From assembly GCA_043732485.1 (NCBI GenBank), contig JAYTHP010000222.1:1-23430 (forward strand): 23,430 bases of DNA, written 5' to 3'. The DNA is from Oligoflexia bacterium (lineage in GTDB: Bacteria; Bdellovibrionota; UBA1018). Both the position numbers and the translations under genes were made by a program. Position 1 is the first letter of the stretch; each line of letters starts with the position of its first letter. Positions 7,644 to 16,913 of this stretch are shown here, piece after piece. Below the pieces are notes generated by a model. It was given only the letters and a program-made list of their open reading frames with translations, was not told the DNA's origin and did not search any database.

Positions 7644-7672
7644 AGTCTAACACTCCTTTGGCGTAATCACAA
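7644..7672 (-). promoter_or_regulatory. Sigma70 promoter of smpB (near-leaderless)
   Basis: Minus strand TTGTGA-N17-TAGACT with an extended -10 TG. The ATG is 10 nt after the -10 box. Confidence 0.65.
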
Positions 7673-7741
7673 ATGCTCCCCACCCCCCCCAGGCCAGCGG
7701 TCACTGGTCACAAGATCGTCAGAAGATCGCCAGAGACGCTT

Positions 7742-9229
7742 TTAAAAGCCAAACGCGACGGATACCCCCGCACCCCAGACCCGTCCGCCTGCTTGATAGC
7801 CAGGGGCGCCGATTTTCTCTTCAGTGAGATTACCGACCTCGTTGCCTGGGGTTTTGGTGATGGTTTGGGTGACTAAGGCGTGATAAAAGATGCTTAAATC
7901 TAGCCGCCAGTCGCAGTCCAGACCCCAGAGCCGACCCAAGGTAAACCCCAATCCGGCTTGCAACATGTGTTTGGGCGGATCGAGGTAATTGCCCACCTCG
8001 CTTGCCGAGGATTGCAAAAAGCTGCCCCGGTAGGCATAGCCTAAGCGTAACACCAACTCAGAAGTCAGTTGAATTTCTTCAGCCACCCGAGGAATCCATA
8101 AATTCTGGAAGCGAAAGGGTGGCATCACCCCCGGCGCAATCGTCAACGCTCCCTCCGAGGGAGCACTGTCAAGCGAGCCTTGGGAAATCACGAGCGCAGG
8201 CACTTGGTAAGCATTCCAGGCTTGAAAATCGGCTTGCAAAACCAAATGACTCCCCGGCGCTTGCTCCCACGCAAGCCCCAGCTCAAGCGTCAGGGGATCG
8301 TAAAACAGCGCAGAATTGACGATGAAGCCTAGATCAATGTAAGGCAAAGGACCGAGCAGGCCTGAGGCTGAAGCAAGCTTCATGTAATTGGAAGCCGCAG
8401 CCGCAGCCCGCAGCTGCACACCAAGCGTCAGGGGTAGCTTCGCTAGAGTTGCGTTGGAAGATTCTGACACCTGATACAGCACGCCCAGCGAGGGCACCCA
8501 TTGCGGGGCTAAGCTTGAGGCAAAACGCAGGGTTGAGACCGTTTGTTTTTGGGTATTCAGATACAAGGTAGCCGAGGTATTGAGGGTGAACGACGCTTGC
8601 ACCCCCACCCCAACGTGCACGCCTTGCCCCAAATCAACCCCCATCCCTACTTGAAACTGCGGCCGCTCCAAGCGTGAGCGATACAAGACGTACTCGGGCA
8701 AAAAAGTTTCACCACTGTCAAAATAAGCCAGATTGTGTTGTGGCACGTAAGCCACGGCCCCCAGCGACAAGTGAAAGAACTGGGGAATCACTTGCCGTTT
8801 CACCCCCAGGCTCAGTCCCAAGGTCGCTTGATAGTTGGTATCCACCGCACCCTGCTTCACCGAATCGCTGGTGTAGGTGTTTTGCGTCACCACCCCGGAA
8901 ATCGCTTGAAACTGCGGTTGTGCGGCAAGCAACCCCACCCCCATCTGGGTTTGCAAGTCCCGCCCCCAAGACAAAGCAGCCGGGTTATAATGCGCCGCAA
9001 ATTCCTGCGTGGCGAGCGCCACCCCGGCGTTTGCAAGCGCCGTCATGCGCGAGCCCAAGCCGTAGGCGTCAGAGACATTAGCCTCAGCAGCCCCGCTTCC
9101 CCCGCTCAGCAAGACCAGCGCAAGCACCAAGGACTCACCCCAACACCAACGCCGCCCCAGGCAGTCCCCCCACTCTTGAGTCAGCGCCGTCGGTTGTAAA
9201 ACTTGATCATTTTTTTTATTTCGTCCCAT
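7742..9229 (-). CDS. FadL/OmpP1/TodX-family outer membrane transporter
   Basis: Signal peptide (AEA), hatch motif GSRMTALANAGVA...AAHYNPAAL, amphipathic beta strands (LRLGYAY) and C-terminal Phe. Confidence 0.88.
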   Translation of the reverse strand: MGRNKKNDQVLQPTALTQEWGDCLGRRWCWGESLVLALVLLSGGSGAAEANVSDAYGLGSRMTALANAGVALATQEFAAHYNPAALSWGRDLQTQMGVGLLAAQPQFQAISGVVTQNTYTSDSVKQGAVDTNYQATLGLSLGVKRQVIPQFFHLSLGAVAYVPQHNLAYFDSGETFLPEYVLYRSRLERPQFQVGMGVDLGQGVHVGVGVQASFTLNTSATLYLNTQKQTVSTLRFASSLAPQWVPSLGVLYQVSESSNATLAKLPLTLGVQLRAAAAASNYMKLASASGLLGPLPYIDLGFIVNSALFYDPLTLELGLAWEQAPGSHLVLQADFQAWNAYQVPALVISQGSLDSAPSEGALTIAPGVMPPFRFQNLWIPRVAEEIQLTSELVLRLGYAYRGSFLQSSASEVGNYLDPPKHMLQAGLGFTLGRLWGLDCDWRLDLSIFYHALVTQTITKTPGNEVGNLTEEKIGAPGYQAGGRVWGAGVSVAFGF

Positions 9230-10124
9230 GCGCGGACTTCACCTCCCCAAAAAGTGCCTCCCACTGATCCCAAGTCAAAGCCTCAGCCCGCAAGGAACCC
9301 TCAATCCCACTGCGCTCCAACAACTGCACGCCGCCTAAAGCCGCAAAAAACGGACCCCGAAAGACCGAGCGCAGCATTTTGCGCTTCGCCTGAAACGCCG
9401 CCTCCAAGAACCGCTGCCACAACTGACCCTCCGCCCCCCGACTCCCACCTGCGAGCGCAATGCGGGGAGCCACACGGGGGAGAAAGCGCACCACCTGGGA
9501 ATCCACCTGCGGTGGCGGCGAAAACGCTTGCGGCGGCACGTCAAGCACCACCTCCACCGACCAAAAATTCTGCACCCAAAGCGACATGACGCCGCGGCTC
9601 TTGGTTCCGGCCCCAGCCACGATGCGCTCAGCTACCTCTTTTTGAAACATCAACACCATGCCACTCACACTCCCCCACTGCATGCTCAACTGCTTGAGGA
9701 TCGCCGTTGCCGAAGCGTACGGCAAATTGGAAACCACAAAAACCGGCTCAGCCAAGAGCCACTGCTCAACTTTTAAATCCAAGAAATCAGCCACCAGCGT
9801 CTCGTACTGGGTCCCACCTACCGCTTGCGCCAGATTCTTTAAGGTACACTCCACCCGCCAGCCCTCACCCAGGCGTTGATCTTTCTCAACCAACAAAAAA
9901 TGGGCTAATTCCGGGCGGTGACTTGCCACCGCTTGCCACAAGGGGCGAGTGAGCGCACCGCGGCCCGGACCAATCTCAAGCACGCTCCCCCCAGCACCGC
10001 CACCCTGACCCGCCGCCGTTGCCTCTTGCCAGCCGCTGAGCGCCGCTGCCACGACTTGCGACAACCAGGCTGGATTGGTTAAAAAGTGCTGCCCCATGCC
10101 CTGGCGGTAACGCTGCGCGTTCAT
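9216..10124 (-). CDS. rsmA: 16S rRNA m6,2A1518/1519 dimethyltransferase
   Basis: GQHFL, VLEIGPGRGALT, VEKD, VVSNLPY, MFQKEVAERI, FSPPPQVDS, KRKML. Confidence 0.95.
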   Translation of the reverse strand: MNAQRYRQGMGQHFLTNPAWLSQVVAAALSGWQEATAAGQGGGAGGSVLEIGPGRGALTRPLWQAVASHRPELAHFLLVEKDQRLGEGWRVECTLKNLAQAVGGTQYETLVADFLDLKVEQWLLAEPVFVVSNLPYASATAILKQLSMQWGSVSGMVLMFQKEVAERIVAGAGTKSRGVMSLWVQNFWSVEVVLDVPPQAFSPPPQVDSQVVRFLPRVAPRIALAGGSRGAEGQLWQRFLEAAFQAKRKMLRSVFRGPFFAALGGVQLLERSGIEGSLRAEALTWDQWEALFGEVKSAHGTK

Positions 10125-11263
10125 CGCCTTGCCGCCGCAACCGTTGGCCTGCGGGGGCGCGCGGGGTTGGGGGTCGCATTCAGCTGCAGGTACTCAAGCG
10201 GCCTCAGAAAATTCCCTTGCTGTAAACGAAAGCCTCCCGCTGCGGCGATCATCGCAGCGTTATCGGTACAAAATTTTAACTCTGGCGCTAAAACAGCCTG
10301 GCGCACCCCTAAACGTTGACACCCCTGCGCCAGGCGCTCCCGCAGTCGCTGGTTTGCTGCAACTCCGCCCACCACCGCAAGCGCACCAAAAGGAGAACGC
10401 TGGTAGGCTTGCTCAATTTTATGCCACAGCGCATCCACAATCGCCTCTTGCAAGGAAGCACACAAATCGGGTAGGGCGGCCGCAAGGGTATTCGCCTGTC
10501 GTAACTGCGCCACTTGCAGGGAGACGGCGGTTTTTAAGCCACTAAAGGAAAAGTCGAGAGTTTGTCGCCCCGCAAGCGCTCGCGGAAAGGCAAAGCGCGC
10601 GGGATCGCCGCCTTGCGCGGTTTTCTCAATCCAGGCGCCGCCTGGGTAAGGAAAGCCCAACATTTTTGCAGTCTTATCAAAGGCCTCGCCTGCTGCATCA
10701 TCCCGCGATTGCCCCAAAAGCGATTCGGCTAACACCTCAAGCGGCCAGTGCTCCGGCGGCTGACGGATCTCATACAACTGCGTATGCCCGCCTGAAACCA
10801 TCAGCACGAGCAACGGCCAAGCAATCTCCGCGCGCAAAGACTGTTGCTCCGTTAAAAACAGCGAGCACAAATGCCCTTCCAAGTGATGCACGGCAATCAG
10901 CGGTTTAGCAAAAACATAGGCAAAAGCCTTAGCCACACTGACTCCCACCAGCAACGCTCCCACCAGCCCCGGCCGATTGGTCACGGCCACAGCCGCCAGT
11001 TGCTCCGGCCGAACTCCCGCCTGACGCAAAGCCTCATCGATCATCGCTTGAATCGTCTCCAGATGATTGCGCGAGGCGATCTCAGGCACCACGCCGCCAT
11101 ACGGCTGATGCAAGGCAATCTGGGAGTGAGTGGCCTGGCCGAGGATCTGGGCGCTCTGGAAAGGCGCCACCTGGACCACGGCCGCACTGCATTCGTCACA
11201 CGAGCTTTCGATCCCTAAAATGAGTTGAGGCTGGTCACTCATCTGAGACTCATCCAGACCCAC
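10121..11263 (-). CDS. tsaD: tRNA N6-adenosine threonylcarbamoyltransferase TsaD
   Basis: ILGIESSCDE, YGGVVPEIASRNH, HHLEGH, VSGGHT, DDAAGEAFDK, FSFSGLKT, CTDNAAMIA. The true start may be ATG 11242. Confidence 0.97.
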   Translation of the reverse strand: MGLDESQMSDQPQLILGIESSCDECSAAVVQVAPFQSAQILGQATHSQIALHQPYGGVVPEIASRNHLETIQAMIDEALRQAGVRPEQLAAVAVTNRPGLVGALLVGVSVAKAFAYVFAKPLIAVHHLEGHLCSLFLTEQQSLRAEIAWPLLVLMVSGGHTQLYEIRQPPEHWPLEVLAESLLGQSRDDAAGEAFDKTAKMLGFPYPGGAWIEKTAQGGDPARFAFPRALAGRQTLDFSFSGLKTAVSLQVAQLRQANTLAAALPDLCASLQEAIVDALWHKIEQAYQRSPFGALAVVGGVAANQRLRERLAQGCQRLGVRQAVLAPELKFCTDNAAMIAAAGGFRLQQGNFLRPLEYLQLNATPNPARPRRPTVAAARR

Positions 11264-11508
11264 CCACGGTTTAGGTCCACCCCCTCGATTTTTTGCGACT
11301 GATTGTTTTTGATCATTTTTTTTCGTCTTTCTCGCGCTCTCACGAAGTCTGCCTCACCCAGCCGCGGGGCGTATCACGGACTTTCTTGCACTCACGGGGT
11401 CTCTCTTAAGCTCTCTTACTCCAGAGCTTACGCCTCATTTTTTTTGGCTAGCCGCTGCGCGAGCGCTGAGTGAGCAAAGGTTAGGCGCAAGCACGTCGCC
11501 TGAGGAAA

Positions 11509-12303
11509 TTATTTTTGCAACTTCAGTCGCGCCAGCTGAGCGAAAGGCGACTTGGGGAATTGTTCGGTGACTTGATGATAAAAACTCTTGGCATCCTCTT
11601 TCAATTTCAAGGCAGCAAAGCAATTACCAATTTGAAAAACGGCCTCAGGCACCCGCTTCGAGTGCTTCCACTTCTCAGGGAACTTCTTAAAGTCCAGCAC
11701 CGCTTTCTTGTACTCCTTTAAATGGAAATAGCTCTCCGCGCGCAAGAAGGAGGCCTCCTCGGCATGCACGGCCTGCCCGGAGTCTAAATAACTCGTCAAG
11801 CCCTCCACAGCACGCCCCCAATGCTTCTGCTTTGACTCACGCACGCCCTCATGGAAAAAGGCTTCAAGCTCGCCTGCAGTTTGTGGCCTCTTCTGCTGTT
11901 GCAGTTGCTGCTGTAACTGGAGTTGCTGTAACTGCAGGAAATTGGCCTCAAGGGTTAACAACTGCTGCTCAAGCCCTGCCACCTTAACCTCCAGCTCCTT
12001 CAGTCCCTCAGCTTTTTCCTTCTTCAAGCTACTGTCCCGCCCCGCGCGCTCCAGCTCGTCAAGCCGTCCTGCCATCCGAGTCATCTCAGATTTCACCTCA
12101 TCGAGCGCGTAGCCGCCGCCTGCGATCGGATGCACCTCGGAAACCGGAGCCACTTTTTGCGGCTGGAGCGCAGGCACCGGGTCTTCAGCATCCTCGCGCA
12201 ACTGCGTGCGCGTCTTTAAACAGGCAGAAGTGAAACTGAGCGCCCAACAACCCACCAATAGCGGGAAATAGCCCCCGCGCTTGTAACCCTTAATAACTTG
12301 CAT
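11509..12303 (-). CDS. CpoB/YbgF-like coiled-coil plus TPR lipoprotein
   Basis: Lipobox-like FTSAC, coiled coil with a Gln-rich run and TPR repeats ending FPKSPFAQLARLKL. Lies downstream of pal. Start taken at ATG 12303; the ORF extends to 12408. Confidence 0.82.
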   Translation of the reverse strand: MQVIKGYKRGGYFPLLVGCWALSFTSACLKTRTQLREDAEDPVPALQPQKVAPVSEVHPIAGGGYALDEVKSEMTRMAGRLDELERAGRDSSLKKEKAEGLKELEVKVAGLEQQLLTLEANFLQLQQLQLQQQLQQQKRPQTAGELEAFFHEGVRESKQKHWGRAVEGLTSYLDSGQAVHAEEASFLRAESYFHLKEYKKAVLDFKKFPEKWKHSKRVPEAVFQIGNCFAALKLKEDAKSFYHQVTEQFPKSPFAQLARLKLQK

Positions 12304-12584
12304 AATTTTGTGTGTACTTACCTTTCTTTTTTTCTTCCCGCACGCTGCCGTCGCTGCCAGCCGTTTGGTGCGACATGGCAGCGCGTTGTTAGAGGCACCC
12401 TGAAGCATAACAAAGCGTGACTTTTTAGCGTATTCGTGCTAGCGCTTTCTTGCTGCAAGCTGTTTTGCCCAAAAAGACTAAGACCGAAGTCCTTGAACTC
12501 TTTCTGAGGTCACTCATTTTTTCGCCTTCAACGCGCTCAACGAAGGAGCCTTCTCCGCCTTGCAGCAATCGCAGCCTGACTCGC

Positions 12585-13259
12585 TTACTTCGACTTCTGC
12601 GGGATCAACGTAAACTGATTGCCTGATCCTGATGACGACGACGACGGCGCTGCTGCCGCTGCCGGCTGCTGCACTCCTCCTTGCGCTGCCGCCTGAGCTT
12701 GCGCCTGCTGTGCTGCTGCGGCTGCCTGCTCTTCGCCAGCCTTGCGTTCCTGGTAAGCTTCCGCAGGAGTTGCCTCGGGACCAGGGTAATCGTAGGGTTT
12801 CGCATGCGCCACACCGCCGCCTACGCCGCGAACCGCCCCTCTACCGCTTCCGCCTGTTGAGGCGCTTGCCGCTTGGGACTGATCCGAGCTCATCGAGGTG
12901 CCGTTTAAAGGATCCCCGCCTGGGGCCTGCTGCCGATTGCCACCACTTAACAGCGCCTCATACTCGGCTTCTTCCGCAAGCTTACGAGAGCGAGCCGCGG
13001 AGTCAAAGGCCGACTGAAACTCCTTGATCTTATAGCTCTGACGTGCCTTAAAGAGCCACTCGTTGGCCTGTCGGTAGAGCTCAGGCGCAAGAACGTCGGC
13101 TTGCACCTCCCGCGCCGCCCGGATGGCCGCTAACGTATCGGACATTTCTTGCACCGGTCGGGTGACCAAAGCTGAGCAGCTAGCCAGCATACCCGCGACA
13201 GCAAGCCCAAGGATAACGGGGTTTTTACTTTTTCTCGGAAATGAATGAGTCATAGTCAC
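12585..13259 (-). CDS. DUF4398-domain lipoprotein with low-complexity tail
   Basis: Lipobox LASC, helical segment PVQEMSDTLAAIRAAREVQADVLAPELYRQA...ARSRKLAEEA typical of DUF4398, and an Ala/Gln/Gly/Ser-rich C-terminus. Confidence 0.75.
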   Translation of the reverse strand: MTMTHSFPRKSKNPVILGLAVAGMLASCSALVTRPVQEMSDTLAAIRAAREVQADVLAPELYRQANEWLFKARQSYKIKEFQSAFDSAARSRKLAEEAEYEALLSGGNRQQAPGGDPLNGTSMSSDQSQAASASTGGSGRGAVRGVGGGVAHAKPYDYPGPEATPAEAYQERKAGEEQAAAAAQQAQAQAAAQGGVQQPAAAAAPSSSSSGSGNQFTLIPQKSK

Positions 13260-13288
13260 TTAAAAAACCTCGTCACTTAAAAAACCTC
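13255..13288. repeat. Perfect 17-bp tandem duplication GTCACTTAAAAAACCTC x2
   Basis: Copies at 13255-13271 and 13272-13288, spanning the SD and GTG start of the DUF4398 gene. Confidence 0.95.
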
Positions 13289-13568
13289 TTGTCCGTAGCT
13301 GTTTTTGACCTAAATTCGGACCTGATGCCAAGAAACGGCAGGAGTCCACGGGAACACCTCAGGAAAGCCCCAGACCCCTTGCCAAAGGTCAACTCCTTTA
13401 ACGCCTTAGGCTACTGATTGTTGCTTCGGAGTCCCCACCGCGCCCGCTTCACCCCTCAAGAGTAAGGACTTGAGGGAGCAAACGAGGCCTAGGAAGCGAA
13501 GCCTGACGAACGCGTGGCCTAGCGTGAACGTTAAAGCTTGCTTGCACCACGCGCACTTATTCTATTTT

Positions 13569-13591
13569 TACAGAAGTCCCTACAGAAGTCC
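13569..13591. repeat. Tandem repeat TACAGAAGTCC x2 (12-bp period)
   Basis: TACAGAAGTCC-C-TACAGAAGTCC read directly. Confidence 0.85.
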
Positions 13592-13652
13592 TATCATGAG
13601 CCCCTGCATGAGTGCCTCAGTCAGTCACAAAGCCAGTCCTTAGGAGGATTTT

Positions 13653-14240
13653 CTAGCTTTGACCGTCACCCGTCATGACCACGAACTCAGCGCGGCGATT
13701 TTTGGAATAACCTTCTTCATTCATTTCTGAATCTACTGGCTTTTCTTTCCCAAAACTAATCACCGTCATTTTTTTGGCTTTAACGCCTAAATCCACCAGC
13801 AAGCGTTTCATCGTCTCAGCGCGCTTTTCGCCCAAGGCTAAGTTGTACTGAACGCCGCCGCGTTGATCGCAGTGGCCTTCAATCTGCACGGCCACTTCTG
13901 GATGGGCCTTCAATTGACTGGCATTGTCTTGCATCACGCTTTTTTCTTCTTCATTTAAAACAGCGGAATCATAAGGGAAATGAACCGTCTGGAGATGAAG
14001 ACCGCTCTTATCCATGTCCTTGCCCTTCATGTCGGAGTTCGCTGCGGTGTCAGCAGCAGGCGGCGTGTCGGTGCCAGGCAAGCCATCGACCTCTTTCTTC
14101 GGAGCAGAGCTGCAACTGACTGCAAGCATTAAAAGACTAGCAAGTGCAAACTGCGACAGGGACCCTTTTTGGCCAAAGCTTATTGTGCGAATCGGATGCT
14201 GTAGAGGAGTTTGGAAACCATTTGAACTGTTGAGTGACAT
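13653..14240 (-). CDS. pal: Peptidoglycan-associated lipoprotein (OmpA C-like domain)
   Basis: Lipobox AVSC-SS, VHFPYDS, IEGHCDQRGGVQYNLALGEKRA, ISFGKEKP, KNRRAEF, with GGGAG SD upstream. Confidence 0.9.
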   Translation of the reverse strand: MSLNSSNGFQTPLQHPIRTISFGQKGSLSQFALASLLMLAVSCSSAPKKEVDGLPGTDTPPAADTAANSDMKGKDMDKSGLHLQTVHFPYDSAVLNEEEKSVMQDNASQLKAHPEVAVQIEGHCDQRGGVQYNLALGEKRAETMKRLLVDLGVKAKKMTVISFGKEKPVDSEMNEEGYSKNRRAEFVVMTGDGQS

Positions 14241-14437
14241 AAGAAATTTCTCCCTTCGAAAAGTAAAAAAACGTTGTTAGCCTTAAGTTAACCTTAAAAT
14301 TCAAGGGAAGGAAGTAGAATCCACAAAAAAAACTGAGTCGGGTCTTGAGTGACGCATTTTTTGGGAAGGTTTGCAGAAAACTGTATTTCTATTCTCGCCG
14401 GTATAGGGAGCAAGGAGGGGGATGACCCGCGCGGCAG

Positions 14438-14455
14438 CTCTCTCTCTCTCTCTCT
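14438..14455. repeat. (CT)9 microsatellite
   Basis: Read directly, next to the stop codon of the 14457-14966 gene. Confidence 0.9.
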
Positions 14456-14456
14456 A

Positions 14457-14966
14457 CTAATCGCCCTCAGCCAAGCGCCCTTTTTGCTGCAAGGGCAGCC
14501 TGACTTCATCGCCCATCATGATCGCCCAAGGCTCAATGCCTGGGGTTTGCGACGGCAGGCCCATTTTCTCAAGGCGCGCCACGGAAGCCGAGCTTTCGGC
14601 ATGAATCACCCTGAGGGTGGCAATCGGAAAACTCAGGTCACGGTAAACTTGCTCTTTCATGAGCTGATACATCGGCAAGCGGCGATAAACGACCAAAATC
14701 GAGCCTAAATGGGCTCCTTGCAGGGTCCCTAAGTTCACAAAGTAATCAGGCTCAATTTTTTGACGCGGGTAAAGCGCGAGGCGACGAGAAACCTGGTACA
14801 CCGAGTAGGTCTCTTGCGCACCGGCTGAGTGCAAGCCTAACCAGCAAGCCCCTACTGCTAGACACCCAAGCCTCAATCTGTAAGCGCTAGGCCCACGAAA
14901 AAGACCCGCTAGACGCAAGATCAGGTCGGAGGTAAAGGCCAAGCATTTCAGTTGCAAGCGATCCAT
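14457..14966 (-). CDS. Exported hypothetical protein, FlgT C-terminal-like beta domain
   Basis: Signal ending AGA. The pattern FVNLGTLQGAHLGSILVVYR...IATLRVIHAESSASVARL...IMMGDEV resembles FlgT-C domains. GAGGTG SD upstream. Confidence 0.65.
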   Translation of the reverse strand: MDRLQLKCLAFTSDLILRLAGLFRGPSAYRLRLGCLAVGACWLGLHSAGAQETYSVYQVSRRLALYPRQKIEPDYFVNLGTLQGAHLGSILVVYRRLPMYQLMKEQVYRDLSFPIATLRVIHAESSASVARLEKMGLPSQTPGIEPWAIMMGDEVRLPLQQKGRLAEGD

Positions 14967-15069
14967 CGGTCAAACACCTCAAGCTTTGGAGATTCCCCTT
15001 TTTTCTGCAAGCACCCAACACCGTCCTTTGCAAAGGGCTTTGACTTTCTATCGGCTAAATTTGCCTAGT

Positions 15070-16815
15070 CTATAGACTTATCTGGGGGGGGGTCTTTTGA
15101 CGCACCGCCAATTTACTGGAGCGAAAGCCATAGCGGGCATAAATCAAGCCGCCCAACAGCAGCCAAACGGCAAAGCGAATCCAATTCTTAATCCCCAGCT
15201 CGGTCATGAGATAACTGCAGCTCGTGAGACCTAAAAGCGGAATCAGCGAGAATTGCCGGGTGATGCTAAAACCGGTTAAAACGATCATTTCAATGGCAAA
15301 AACTAGGCTGGGGAGCGCCGTGAGCCTCTCGCCCCAAGTCGCCTGCGACCACTCCGAACTGGCCGGAAGCTTAAAGCAACAACCATAGACTAAGACCGCA
15401 AGGGTTAAGGGGGGGAAAAGATAACGGGAATTGACGTAGGGGACCCGAAATTTTCTGGCAAACTGACCGGACCCTTGCCCCTGATGCCCAAGTTGTAACG
15501 ATCCCGCACAAACAATCATGAAGGCAAAGAGCGTACCGATACTATTTAAATCGGTGACTTCCGTTAAATTCAAAAACAGCGACGGCACCGCCACCAAACA
15601 ACCCGCCACCAGGGTAGCAATCCAAGGAGTGCGGTAACGAGGATGCAACTGGCAAAAAAAGCCTGGAAGCAGGCCATCCCGACTCATCACCATCCAAATC
15701 CGGGTTTGCCCCAACTGAAACACCAGCAACACGGTCGAAAGCGCAATTAAGGCGCCCACCCCCACTAAGGAAAACATCCACGGCATATTCAGTCCTTGCG
15801 GGCCAAAGACGTAAGCCAATGGATCGCCAATGGCGAGCTTGGAAGAATCGACGAGACCGGTTAAAATCAAAGCCAACGCCACGTAGAGCACGGTGCAAAT
15901 CAGCAGCGAGAAAATCATCGCGCGCGGCAAATCGCGTTGCGGATTTTTGCATTCCTCAGCCGTGGTGGCAATCGCATCAAAGCCAATGTAGGCGAAAAAA
16001 ACGCTTGAAACTCCCTTTAAAACCCCACTCAACCCGTGCGGCGCAAACGGCAACCAGTGCTGCGGATTGACATAAATAGCGCCCACCACGATCACCACCG
16101 CGAGAATGGTCATCTTAAGCGCCACAAGCCAGCGCGACCATTTTTTTGATTCTTCCATCCCGAAAAAAACAACCGCCGTGACCAAGCTAATCACTACTAA
16201 AGCCGGTAAATCGCACACCAAAGGCACCCCAGCCAACCGCGGTGCTTGCGTCCAAGCCTCATACCCCCGCACGAAAAGCGGATCAAGGGAGGCCTGACTG
16301 GCCAGTCCCGCTGCTCCTTGCACCGCTTGAAAGCCGCGGTAGGCGCTCAAGGCGTCCATGCTAAAATAGGAAGGGATCTGCCAACCGTGCGCGGCAAGTA
16401 ATCCGCTCAGGTATTGACTCCAGGAAATGGCAATAGCAATGTCACCAATGGCATACTCCAGGAGTAAATCCCAACCAATGATCCAAGCCACGAGCTCCCC
16501 GAAAGAAGCATAAGCGTAGGTGTAAGCTGAGCCTGCAAGCGGAATCATCGAGGCAAACTCCGCATAACACAGCGCACAAAAACCACAGGCAATGGCGGTA
16601 AAAACGAACAAAAAGACCACCGCCGGACCCCCGGAAGCCGCCGCATTGCCGATGGTGGAGAAAATTCCCGCGCCTAAAATCGCGGCAATACTTAAAACGG
16701 TTAAATCCCCGAAGCCCAAGACCCGCTTCAGACTGTGCTGGGGTTGGTCTTGGATGGCTGCCTCCTCGTTCATTTGTGCAAGACTTTTCCGTCGGAATAA
16801 CTGCTGCCAATTCAT
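15070..16815 (-). CDS. APC-family amino acid permease (cationic amino acid transporter-like)
   Basis: LKRVLG...LGAGIF, CYAEFASMIPLAGSAYTY, FFAYIGFD, AEECKNPQRDLP, MSRDGLLP, with many TM helices. Confidence 0.95.
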   Translation of the reverse strand: MNWQQLFRRKSLAQMNEEAAIQDQPQHSLKRVLGFGDLTVLSIAAILGAGIFSTIGNAAASGGPAVVFLFVFTAIACGFCALCYAEFASMIPLAGSAYTYAYASFGELVAWIIGWDLLLEYAIGDIAIAISWSQYLSGLLAAHGWQIPSYFSMDALSAYRGFQAVQGAAGLASQASLDPLFVRGYEAWTQAPRLAGVPLVCDLPALVVISLVTAVVFFGMEESKKWSRWLVALKMTILAVVIVVGAIYVNPQHWLPFAPHGLSGVLKGVSSVFFAYIGFDAIATTAEECKNPQRDLPRAMIFSLLICTVLYVALALILTGLVDSSKLAIGDPLAYVFGPQGLNMPWMFSLVGVGALIALSTVLLVFQLGQTRIWMVMSRDGLLPGFFCQLHPRYRTPWIATLVAGCLVAVPSLFLNLTEVTDLNSIGTLFAFMIVCAGSLQLGHQGQGSGQFARKFRVPYVNSRYLFPPLTLAVLVYGCCFKLPASSEWSQATWGERLTALPSLVFAIEMIVLTGFSITRQFSLIPLLGLTSCSYLMTELGIKNWIRFAVWLLLGGLIYARYGFRSSKLAVRQKTPPQISL

Positions 16816-16857
16816 ACTTTTTTTCTTTCAAACCTCAATTGCAACCCCACACAACAC

Positions 16858-16909
16858 CGCGCCCACCGCCCGCAAACCTCAAAAATCACCCACCCCGGCG
16901 GTGAGCGCG
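16858..16909 (-). other. 13-bp stem-loop right after the alaS stop
   Basis: Minus strand CGCGCTCACCGCC...GGCGGTGGGCGCG (one G-U). No strong U-tract, so it is probably an mRNA stabiliser or processing site. Confidence 0.55.
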
Positions 16910-16913
16910 CGTT

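Noticed and set aside
8002..11218. Many + strand ORFs of 60-154 aa opposite the porin, rsmA and tsaD (and similar shadows over lon, alaS and recA)
   Set aside because: They are antisense or alternate-frame shadows of well-supported genes, with Pro/Arg-rich composition explained by the GC skew.
13300..13650. GGA-rich pal-DUF4398 spacer as a CsrB-like sRNA
   Set aside because: The GGA count is only slightly above chance and most copies are not in hairpin loops.
15084..15092. G9 tract in the permease as a phase-variation switch
   Set aside because: It falls in the last few codons, so slippage would only alter the extreme C-terminus.
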